Origin: a virus
Lineage: Duplodnaviria > Caudoviricetes
Virus record (IMG/VR): IMGVR_UViG_3300027362_000021
Coordinates: 1 to 29,336 of that record
Direction: 5' to 3' (one strand)
Length of the DNA stretch: 29,336 nt
Shown: positions 17,621 through 23,615 of the stretch, piece after piece
How positions within the stretch are numbered: the first letter of the stretch is position 1
Layout: each line of letters opens with the position of its first letter
Position numbers and translations under genes: made by a program
Notes under the pieces: model-generated
The model's input: only the letters and a program-made list of their open reading frames with translations
What the model was told of the DNA's origin: nothing
Database searches by the model: none

Positions 17621-18114
17621 CACGCCGTCCCGTTCGCTCTGGCGTTGGCGTTGAGCTTCATAGCCGCGTGCATCGCGTCCAGCTCGAGGGCCATGCGTTG
17701 CCAGGACGGCGCTGGGGTGTCTTCCATGGGGCGCTTCAGGATCCTGATCACCAGGTTCGCGTACTCCATACACTGGGACGGCGTTCCGCTCCGCTGCGCC
17801 TCGGCCATGGCTTCCTGAGCTTGGCGCGCTTCGTTGGAGGGACCGAAGCGCTGGAAGGCCACCGCGTCGGCGCCGGGGCTGCGGAGGAGCTGCAGGGCCT
17901 CCATCATGACGTGGTTCTCCGCCGGCTCGATCGGGTTCCTGGAGAGGCTCTCGATCAGCCCCAGGAAGAACATGGCGAACAAGCGGATCTCGCCTGGGCG
18001 GGGCTGGACCGTGTCGGCAGCGATCTGCAAGAGGCGGGGCGGGCCGATGCGCTCGATGATCTGCTGCAGGTATTGGCGGGTCTTGTCGTCGGCGGGGAGG
18101 AAGGCGATGGTCAT
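17620..18114 (-). CDS. Hypothetical protein
   Basis: 164 aa, high GC3, coupled to both neighbours. Confidence 0.7.
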   Translation of the reverse strand: MTIAFLPADDKTRQYLQQIIERIGPPRLLQIAADTVQPRPGEIRLFAMFFLGLIESLSRNPIEPAENHVMMEALQLLRSPGADAVAFQRFGPSNEARQAQEAMAEAQRSGTPSQCMEYANLVIRILKRPMEDTPAPSWQRMALELDAMHAAMKLNANARANGTA

Positions 18115-18470
18115 GGTAGAGGAGACTCTACAGCTTCCAGGAAGGATTCAAGGTCGGGGTTGTTGATCACCATGCCTGGGGTGAATCCTTTTTCTCTGAT
18201 CCACCGCCTCAGCGCCTGAACCAGGCCGGAGAGCGCTCGCGGACCAAATAAATCCAGTTCCGTCACCAGAGTGGCGGTCTGAGCTGGTCCGGCCCGGAGT
18301 AGCAGCCGCAGGAACTTGAGGAAAATCTCCTCATCGAACCTTGGACGTTGGTGGGGGGTTTCCCGTAGTTTAGCGGTCAGAGCGGCAAGAACCTTGTGCA
18401 GCGGCCAAGGGCGTTCGCGTTCGAGGAAAACGGGTCCGTAGGAGGATTCCAGGCGGATTCTGATGACCAT
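18111..18470 (-). CDS. Hypothetical protein, first gene of the - strand operon
   Basis: ATG at 18470 (MVIRIRLESS...), 119 aa; the upstream extension in the track runs into AT-rich repeats. Confidence 0.6.
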   Translation of the reverse strand: MVIRIRLESSYGPVFLERERPWPLHKVLAALTAKLRETPHQRPRFDEEIFLKFLRLLLRAGPAQTATLVTELDLFGPRALSGLVQALRRWIREKGFTPGMVINNPDLESFLEAVESPLP

Positions 18471-18477
18471 GGAGGCA

Positions 18478-18483
18478 AGTATA
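18478..18483 (-). promoter_or_regulatory. sigma-70-type -10 box TATACT, 7 nt before ATG (leaderless candidate)
   Basis: - strand: TATACT tgcctcc ATG; no Shine-Dalgarno sequence. Confidence 0.5.
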
Positions 18484-18489
18484 GCGGGC

Positions 18490-19560
18490 TTGGCATTTAT
18501 ATGGCCCGAAAATGGTCGAAAAGTCACTTTGTATCGCAAAGCAAAATGGCTTTATCTGCCGTTTCTGGCACATAAATGTTTAGCTTTTATGCGGTTGTTT
18601 TGGCCATTTATATCGGCCTAGGGCGTTCGCGGCCGAATTTATATGGCTGGAAGCCCACTTATTTGTTTGGAGTGATTTTATATGCCTGCGGAGGTCGTAG
18701 ACACTTTATATGCCGACAATCACGCTGAGGCGCTTTATCTCCGGCTTTTGGCATATAAATGTTGAGTATTTATATGGCTGTGGAGGCATTTTATCTCAGT
18801 TTGAATTTATCTGCTGCCGAAAAAAGCGAAGTAATTTATCTCTCCACTTTGTAACGCAAAGATAGACAGTATGTCTTGGTGATGTAACTGTTTTGGCAAT
18901 TTTCGTGAATATCATTTATGTCCATTTTTGGTGGGGTGGTATTTTATGTGGGGTGGATTTGAGTTGGAGCTAGTAGGGGCTTTCGTGGGTTTCCACGTAG
19001 CGTAAGGGCTCCATTCGCGATTCCGGCTCACCTCGAGGGCACACGTTTTATTTCCTACTTGCACGCCTTCAAAGGTTTATGTCTCCCACCCTGAGTATTC
19101 AGGCGGGAGAGCTGGGCAGGGTATTTCTTTTTTCTCATTCCACCCATGCAACCAGGAGCTCCATACCCTCATACTTTATATCTCCCACCTAACCGGTAGA
19201 TAGGGGGTTAGTACTGTGCATGAGTTCTAAGGAATTAGAATAGACAAAATGTCTTGGCTCGGTGAAGGTCTTCCCCCCCCTTGGTGCGGAACTCCCCATA
19301 ACGTTAGCCTTCATGGCACTTCCCATTCTCTATAGGGTTTAGTAGGAAACAGCCGGGCAAGTGGGAGACATAAACTCAACCCCCCATGCCATGGGCGCAT
19401 AAAATACACTTTTCGCTCTCCCACTTGAAAACAGGCAAAAAAACAACCGGGAGACATAAAATAAACTCCCCATGTCATCGGCGAATCAATTCTCCCGCCT
19501 GATTTCGTTCTAATTCCTTAGAACGTTTTGGGCCAAATTGGCCCCATATATAAAATGTTT
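18490..19560. repeat. AT-rich non-coding array of TTTAT(A/C/G)T motifs and paired palindromes; putative replication origin or packaging region
   Basis: About 23 copies, e.g. 18495, 18550, 18606, 18637, 18676, 18704, 18733, 18768, 18805, 18834, 19075, 19174; reversed at 18567, 18750, 19363, 19393, 19449, 19542. No credible ORF. Confidence 0.75.
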
Positions 19561-19824
19561 TCGACCTTTCCTCCCCTTCCACCTTCCCCCATCCTCCCCC
19601 TCCTGACCCCTTCCACCGCATCCCCCGCAGCACACCTCCTATGATCCACGCTGCACGCATCCGCCTATCTTCATATCCCCCTAGCCACTATGGCCCATCG
19701 TCGAACCCAGGCCATCCTAGGCCTCCACAGAGCAAACGTTTTCCCAAGCGCCTTGGGCCACCGTGCACGACGGAAAAACGCCTACCATGGGGAACCCCCT
19801 AACCACGGAAAACCCCTAGAAACG

Positions 19825-19863
19825 AAAAAGCCCGCTCAGGCGCGCTTACGCACCCGAACGGGC
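19825..19863 (-). terminator. Intrinsic terminator of the early - strand cluster
   Basis: - strand gcccgttcgggtgcg-taag-cgcgcctgagcgggc-TTTTT: 15-bp stem with G-U pairs, 17 nt after the stop at 19881. Confidence 0.85.
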
Positions 19864-19880
19864 AAGGGGGAAGGGCAGAT

Positions 19881-20318
19881 TTATTCTTCGGCCTGCTGAT
19901 CGAGAACATTTATTAGGTCCTCGTCTGAAACTTCCGCCCCAACGCTGGCGGCACCGCACCATCCTCGGTGATCCTGGTCGTACTGCCCGTCGCCGGTCAG
20001 CACCCACCAGGAGCCCTCGTGCACGCGGAGACGGACATCCAACTCTTTCGATTCGGCATATTTTGCCCACTGTTCCCTTACGGCACTGAGCACCGCGGCT
20101 ACTTCCTCCACGGAACACGGAAAGCCCAAGGCCCAACGCTTGGGCAGGTAACCTACCTTGACAAGCCACCCGTCCAGCGCCAACACAAGCTCACCGAGCC
20201 GGGCCGCATCGATCAACAAGCTGCCCACGTCGACTAGGTTGTAATCTTCCACGTCATCGAGCACGACTAGACGCGCCGCAAGCTCCCGCTGCTCTGTCAG
20301 GTTTGCATCGGGGTCCAT
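19881..20318 (-). CDS. Acidic phage hypothetical protein (possibly two fused domains)
   Basis: 145 aa: MDPDANL...ALDGWL..GYLP.RW followed by LDVRL.V....W...TGD.QYDQDHRG. Confidence 0.75.
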   Translation of the reverse strand: MDPDANLTEQRELAARLVVLDDVEDYNLVDVGSLLIDAARLGELVLALDGWLVKVGYLPKRWALGFPCSVEEVAAVLSAVREQWAKYAESKELDVRLRVHEGSWWVLTGDGQYDQDHRGWCGAASVGAEVSDEDLINVLDQQAEE

Positions 20319-20322
20319 CGGT

Positions 20323-20598
20323 TCACCCGTGGGCCTTCAAGACCGCCAACGCAAACTTCCGATCTGCCCGCACGTTAGCGATCAAGCGGGCTTCCCGGTG
20401 GGTGTCCATGTCCGCCATCGCACACAGATCCACGCGGCTGTCGGGCGAAGCGAAGTAGACCACGCTCGGCACCGGCTCCCCGCAAACCAATGCGGCCTCG
20501 GTCACAACGCGGTTGAGCCACCCATCGGGGGCGTCCTGCGCGGAAACGACACGGGTCAGCAGAGCGAACAGAAATCCAAGCTTCAGGTTCTTCTTCAT
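20323..20598 (-). CDS. Hypothetical protein with signal peptide
   Basis: AAGGGG RBS; MKKNLKLGFLFALLTRVVSAQD. Confidence 0.65.
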   Translation of the reverse strand: MKKNLKLGFLFALLTRVVSAQDAPDGWLNRVVTEAALVCGEPVPSVVYFASPDSRVDLCAMADMDTHREARLIANVRADRKFALAVLKAHG

Positions 20599-20652
20599 GG
20601 TTCCCCTTGTTCAGTCAGCAGCAGCAGCGGAACACCCGCTGCGCCAGGTTAG

Positions 20653-20748
20653 CTAGCAGCGGTAAGCGCGACGGCAATCGGCAACGATCTTGTTCGCAAC
20701 CATCCCGACCGCGCACACCGCAACACTCACGCAAGCGAAGCTAACCAT
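20653..20748 (-). CDS. 31-aa hydrophobic Cys-rich peptide
   Basis: MVSFACVSVAVCAVGMVANKIVADCRRAYRC; ATG 7 nt after a sigma28-like -10. Confidence 0.45.
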   Translation of the reverse strand: MVSFACVSVAVCAVGMVANKIVADCRRAYRC

Positions 20749-20753
20749 ACCTC

Positions 20754-20876
20754 CTATTTCGGCATGGTCCGCTCAAAGCTTGAGAAAATCTCGTCGAGTT
20801 TCCTGCGGGCCAGCACGGCCCATACCCGCAGGCACAACGCACGCACACGCAAAGTGAAATCGGTTTGGTAGTTCAT
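20754..20876 (-). CDS. 40-aa hypothetical protein
   Basis: ATGA overlap; MNYQTDFTLRVRALCLRVWAVLARRKLDEIFSSFERTMPK. Confidence 0.5.
   Translation of the reverse strand: MNYQTDFTLRVRALCLRVWAVLARRKLDEIFSSFERTMPK
20756..20783 (-). promoter_or_regulatory. sigma28-like promoter copy 5
   Basis: TCAAG-ctttgagcggaccat-GCCGAAAT-N7-ATG(20748). Confidence 0.65.
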
Positions 20877-21037
20877 GAGTAGTCAACCGTCATACCTGAG
20901 AGAAAAGTTGTCGCCTTCGCTGTACTCGCCACCGCTAACCCAAAGCGTTTCCCCGTCTTCGGACACCATAACCTCCTGAATCCATTGCAGGCTGCGGCCA
21001 CCGCATTCGGGGCATGCCAGGATTCGACCGGTTTCAC
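20873..21037 (-). CDS. 54-aa hypothetical protein
   Basis: GTGA overlap start at 21037 (MKPVESWHAP...). Confidence 0.5.
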   Translation of the reverse strand: MKPVESWHAPNAVAAACNGFRRLWCPKTGKRFGLAVASTAKATTFLSGMTVDYS

Positions 21038-21156
21038 CTCGTCGCCAGAATCGAGAACGTCGGCACCGCCGCCCACACCAGCCCCGCGCAAATCGCGAAC
21101 ATCGTCAAGGCCATCATCGCTGCCACCCGACCTCCACCGTACTTGTTGTTTCTCAT
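21034..21156 (-). CDS. 40-aa single-TM protein
   Basis: MRNNKYGGGRVAAMMALTMFAICAGLVWAAVPTFSILATR; ATG 7 nt after a sigma28-like -10. Confidence 0.55.
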   Translation of the reverse strand: MRNNKYGGGRVAAMMALTMFAICAGLVWAAVPTFSILATR

Positions 21157-21163
21157 ACCCGCT

Positions 21164-21192
21164 ATATCGGCAAGCGGGACCTTCCGACTTGA
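21164..21192 (-). promoter_or_regulatory. sigma28-like promoter copy 4
   Basis: TCAAG-tcggaaggtcccgctt(16)-GCCGATAT-N7-ATG(21156); intergenic. Confidence 0.7.
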
Positions 21193-21215
21193 GCTAAGCG
21201 AAGCGGAAAAATTTG

Positions 21216-21410
21216 TTAGCAGGCCTCCCAATCCCCAAACTGGTTGATCGTGCGGCATTCCTCGTTCACCCACAGACGTAGGCGCGGCACGTCGTGGGGC
21301 GGCAACACGTCGTTACCGGTAGCGTCTGACGTCTCGATATCAATTGTTACGACGCCTTCGATTCCTCGGTAAAGGTAGACGACGAATCCATCCAATTCGA
21401 TCTTGCTCAT
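21216..21410 (-). CDS. 64-aa hypothetical protein
   Basis: ATGA overlap, AAGGGG RBS; MSKIELDGFVVYLYRG. Confidence 0.6.
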   Translation of the reverse strand: MSKIELDGFVVYLYRGIEGVVTIDIETSDATGNDVLPPHDVPRLRLWVNEECRTINQFGDWEAC

Positions 21411-21865
21411 ATCCACCCCTTTTCTTTTGCCCACGAAACAATCTCGACAAAGTCACGCAGAACTAAGTCGGAAAGGCTGCCATTGAACCCCATTTCAACG
21501 TCCCCGTAAAACCGGAACCATTCCCCCAAGTGACCATCGAACGATGCCCCTGCCAAAGCGAGCAACCGTTCAGCCACAAATTCCACGCCAGCCACGGTAA
21601 GCTGGTTTTCCAAGAACATCCCGCAGATATCGCAGTGTTGGGGGGAATCCGCTTCGCCACCGCCTTCGGCAATCGGACCATCCGGCACGCGGGTCGACAT
21701 ATCTACCTTGTGTCCCTCGGCCATGCGCCAGACTTCAAGCACGCTTGCCAGGTTATCCCTGGTCACCGTTGGCGGACCGTCGCCGCTGTGTCCGACGAAC
21801 CGTTGCGCCTGTTCCAGCGCGCAGGGCTCGCAGATCAGTGCTGACTGAAAGACGTAGACGTCCAT
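21407..21865 (-). CDS. Cys-containing phage hypothetical protein (putative Zn-binding)
   Basis: Strong GGAGG RBS, start MDVYVFQ. CEPC...EADSPQHCDICG.FLEN.LT..G motif. Confidence 0.75.
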   Translation of the reverse strand: MDVYVFQSALICEPCALEQAQRFVGHSGDGPPTVTRDNLASVLEVWRMAEGHKVDMSTRVPDGPIAEGGGEADSPQHCDICGMFLENQLTVAGVEFVAERLLALAGASFDGHLGEWFRFYGDVEMGFNGSLSDLVLRDFVEIVSWAKEKGWI

Positions 21866-21867
21866 GC

Positions 21868-22047
21868 TCAGTCCCTCCCCCTCCAAAGCCGCTCATTTCG
21901 CGCCAGCCGCGCGCGAAGCACCGCCAACACGCCCTCCAAATCTTCGATGGCATCCACGGGATCTTTCCGGAGCGCTGCGCACAGAGTGTCTTTCGCCAGC
22001 TTGTGCACGGTCGGATCTGACAAGAAAGCTTCTACGATTGATTCCAT
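21868..22047 (-). CDS. 59-aa phage hypothetical protein (not in track)
   Basis: MESIVEAFLSDPTVHKLAKDTLCAALRKDPVDAIEDLEGVLAVLRARL...; the DP...L...AL.KDPVDA..D.E pattern is seen in phage small proteins. Confidence 0.7.
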   Translation of the reverse strand: MESIVEAFLSDPTVHKLAKDTLCAALRKDPVDAIEDLEGVLAVLRARLARNERLWRGRD

Positions 22048-22050
22048 GGT

Positions 22051-22299
22051 CTACTTATCGGCGATCGGATTCTGTTCCTTGACTAATTCGTAGCGCGCGC
22101 GGGCTTCCGCTTCGGTCTTGAACCATTGCCCGTGCGTGCAGCCTGAGACGCGGTCCGTTGAGATTGCGCCCCAAGCTTCGCCATCTTTGCGGGAGCCGGC
22201 ACCGGCCGGATTCACGCCTGCGCTACGGTGGATCAAGCGTAGCACGTTGTAGCCTGCGACGATTGTCTCCTCGAGCACGGTTCGTACGGATGGTTCCAT
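22051..22299 (-). CDS. Hypothetical protein
   Basis: 82 aa with GQWFKTEAEARARY motif. Confidence 0.65.
   Translation of the reverse strand: MEPSVRTVLEETIVAGYNVLRLIHRSAGVNPAGAGSRKDGEAWGAISTDRVSGCTHGQWFKTEAEARARYELVKEQNPIADK
22055..22082 (-). promoter_or_regulatory. sigma28-like promoter copy 3
   Basis: TCAAG-gaacagaatccgatc-GCCGATAA (perfect -10)-N7-ATG(22047). Confidence 0.75.
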
Positions 22300-22302
22300 A
22301 AC

Positions 22303-22671
22303 CTACCTATCGGCATTCCAGAGCTGAACCTTTACCCAAGCCCTTTCGAGTTCTTTCGCCAATTCTCCCCGCGCTTCCTTCACCATGTCATCGAAGTTAT
22401 CCCCCGACTGCCGAAACTCTTTCTCGTCGCGGTAGCTACAGCAGCCGAGGTAAGACACGCCCTCAAACTCATCGAAGCGAGCGGACACCTTGACCATACA
22501 CCATGCCCACGAATCGCCCCTTTCCAGGCGCGCGAGGATCTCGTCTTCGCAAGCCTTGTCTTCGGCATCGTCTCCGCTCGCCAGGGCACCCCGGACGGGA
22601 GTGTCTTCTTCCTCAATCTCAAGCTGAATCTCTGCACGCGCGGCGAGTGCCGCAAAGTCTGGCGTTGTCAC
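22303..22671 (-). CDS. Acidic phage hypothetical protein
   Basis: GGGAG RBS then GTG at 22671. W.W..VKV.A....G..YLGCCSY...F...DM..EA motif. Confidence 0.75.
   Translation of the reverse strand: MTTPDFAALAARAEIQLEIEEEDTPVRGALASGDDAEDKACEDEILARLERGDSWAWCMVKVSARFDEFEGVSYLGCCSYRDEKEFRQSGDNFDDMVKEARGELAKELERAWVKVQLWNADR
22307..22334 (-). promoter_or_regulatory. sigma28-like promoter copy 2
   Basis: TAAAG-gttcagctctggaat-GCCGATAG-N7-ATG(22299). Confidence 0.75.
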
Positions 22672-22809
22672 GTTGTGATCTCCCATATCCCTACCGTGTT
22701 TCCGTTGTCGTCTCTGAGTTTACCTTCCGTGTCATCGTCACGGCGCAGGCGTTTCGCGAGCGCGCATTGCATCGTCGCCAAGCTTGATCTTGAGGCGGAA
22801 GGTTTTCAT
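22668..22809 (-). pseudogene. Frameshifted small phage gene
   Basis: MKTFRLKIKLGDDAMR stops early in its own frame. Another frame continues LAKRLRRDDDTEGKLRDDNGNTVGIWEITT* and ends in a GTGA overlap with the next gene. Confidence 0.6.
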
Positions 22810-23180
22810 CGGGACATTCTTTCGATTTCCGTTGCGCTAAACCCCCTACCCGGCACCCCCAAACCGCTGCCGCCCCAATCGTAGGTGCGGCCGCTGGGGC
22901 ACGTCAGCACGAACGAAAAGCCCCGTGGATCGCCGTTCTCGATTAGGTCCGCGCCGATCTTCCTGGCGATCTTGCGCACCCGCGCCATGCGACGCGCGCT
23001 AGCCTTCTCCATGCGCTCGCGCTCGGTCTCCCCCACGTCAACACTGCATTCGATTTCGTTCGCTCGCTGCTCTGCCGTTGCGGCACGCAACAAGGCGCGA
23101 GCGTCTTCCCTCGACGCCTGCGGGAACTCACGCCCGAACATTTGTAGGAAGTGGTTTCGCTCTGCTGTGTAGCTTGCCAT
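22806..23180 (-). CDS. Phage hypothetical protein, first gene of the early cluster
   Basis: 124 aa with E..C...NGDPRG motif. Confidence 0.75.
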   Translation of the reverse strand: MASYTAERNHFLQMFGREFPQASREDARALLRAATAEQRANEIECSVDVGETERERMEKASARRMARVRKIARKIGADLIENGDPRGFSFVLTCPSGRTYDWGGSGLGVPGRGFSATEIERMSR

Positions 23181-23187
23181 GGTTTCC

Positions 23188-23215
23188 TTTTCGGCAAGCC
23201 TACTCCGAAACTTGA
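23188..23215 (-). promoter_or_regulatory. sigma28-like promoter copy 1
   Basis: TCAAG-tttcggagtaggctt-GCCGAAAA-N7-ATG(23180); intergenic, at the head of the cluster. Confidence 0.7.
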
Positions 23216-23360
23216 GGCCTGGCGATAAAAAGTGTCCTGTTCCCGATTCGGTACTAGACTCCGCTCAAGCCCAGTTCTAGGCTTCCCGTTGGGCCATCGG
23301 CAGGCGGAATAAATTCCCCTCCCAGGACCGCCGCCGCTTGTCGGTGGCCCTTTCTCAAAA

Positions 23361-23415
23361 CGGGGCATGTCTCAGGCCGGGGCATGTCTCAGATCGGGGC
23401 ATGTCTCAGATCGGG
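23361..23415 (+). repeat. 17-bp tandem repeat x3
   Basis: cggggcatgtctcag(gc/at) at 23361, 23378 and 23395. Confidence 0.95.
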
Positions 23416-23421
23416 ACCCCC

Positions 23422-23521
23422 TACTCGAGCGCGGAACCTTACTGGCCGGTCGGACTCGGTACCCTACTGGCGCCTCGGACTCGTACTGGCGACCCGGACT
23501 CGTACTCGACATGCAGACTCG
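23422..23521 (+). repeat. 19-bp degenerate tandem repeat x4-5
   Basis: TACT(G/C)G.....C(G/A)GACTCG at 23440, 23465, 23484 and 23503; degenerate copy at 23422. Confidence 0.85.
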
Positions 23522-23615
23522 TTGGAAGATTGAACCGAATCCCCTTCCTGCGCTACTGTGCGTTGTCGTTGGCGCGCTCTTCTGGATCAGCTTGTTCTGG
23601 CTCATCACTCGATGA
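23511..23615 (+). CDS. 34-aa single-TM peptide
   Basis: MQTRWKIEPNPLPALLCVVVGALFWISLFWLITR; its stop overlaps the next ATG (ATGA). Confidence 0.45.
   Translation: MQTRWKIEPNPLPALLCVVVGALFWISLFWLITR

Noticed and set aside
18490-18850. AT-rich repeats as a CRISPR array or leader
   Set aside because: The shared core is only 7-11 bp, spacing is irregular and orientation is mixed.
19051-19524. One long ncRNA hairpin formed by the inverted repeats
   Set aside because: The pairs cross rather than nest; no recognisable tRNA or other RNA family.
19475-19899. Short ORFs at 19475-19660 (-) and 19690-19899 (+)
   Set aside because: Low-complexity translations of the C-rich tract and terminator region, with no convincing coding signal.
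23265-23292. Sixth, + strand sigma28-like promoter (TCAAG-N15-CCCGTTGG)
   Set aside because: The -10 is too degenerate and there is no ATG 7 nt downstream.
23361-23521. Possible CRISPR or mini-array
   Set aside because: Units are 17-19 bp and head-to-tail with no unique ~30-bp spacers.
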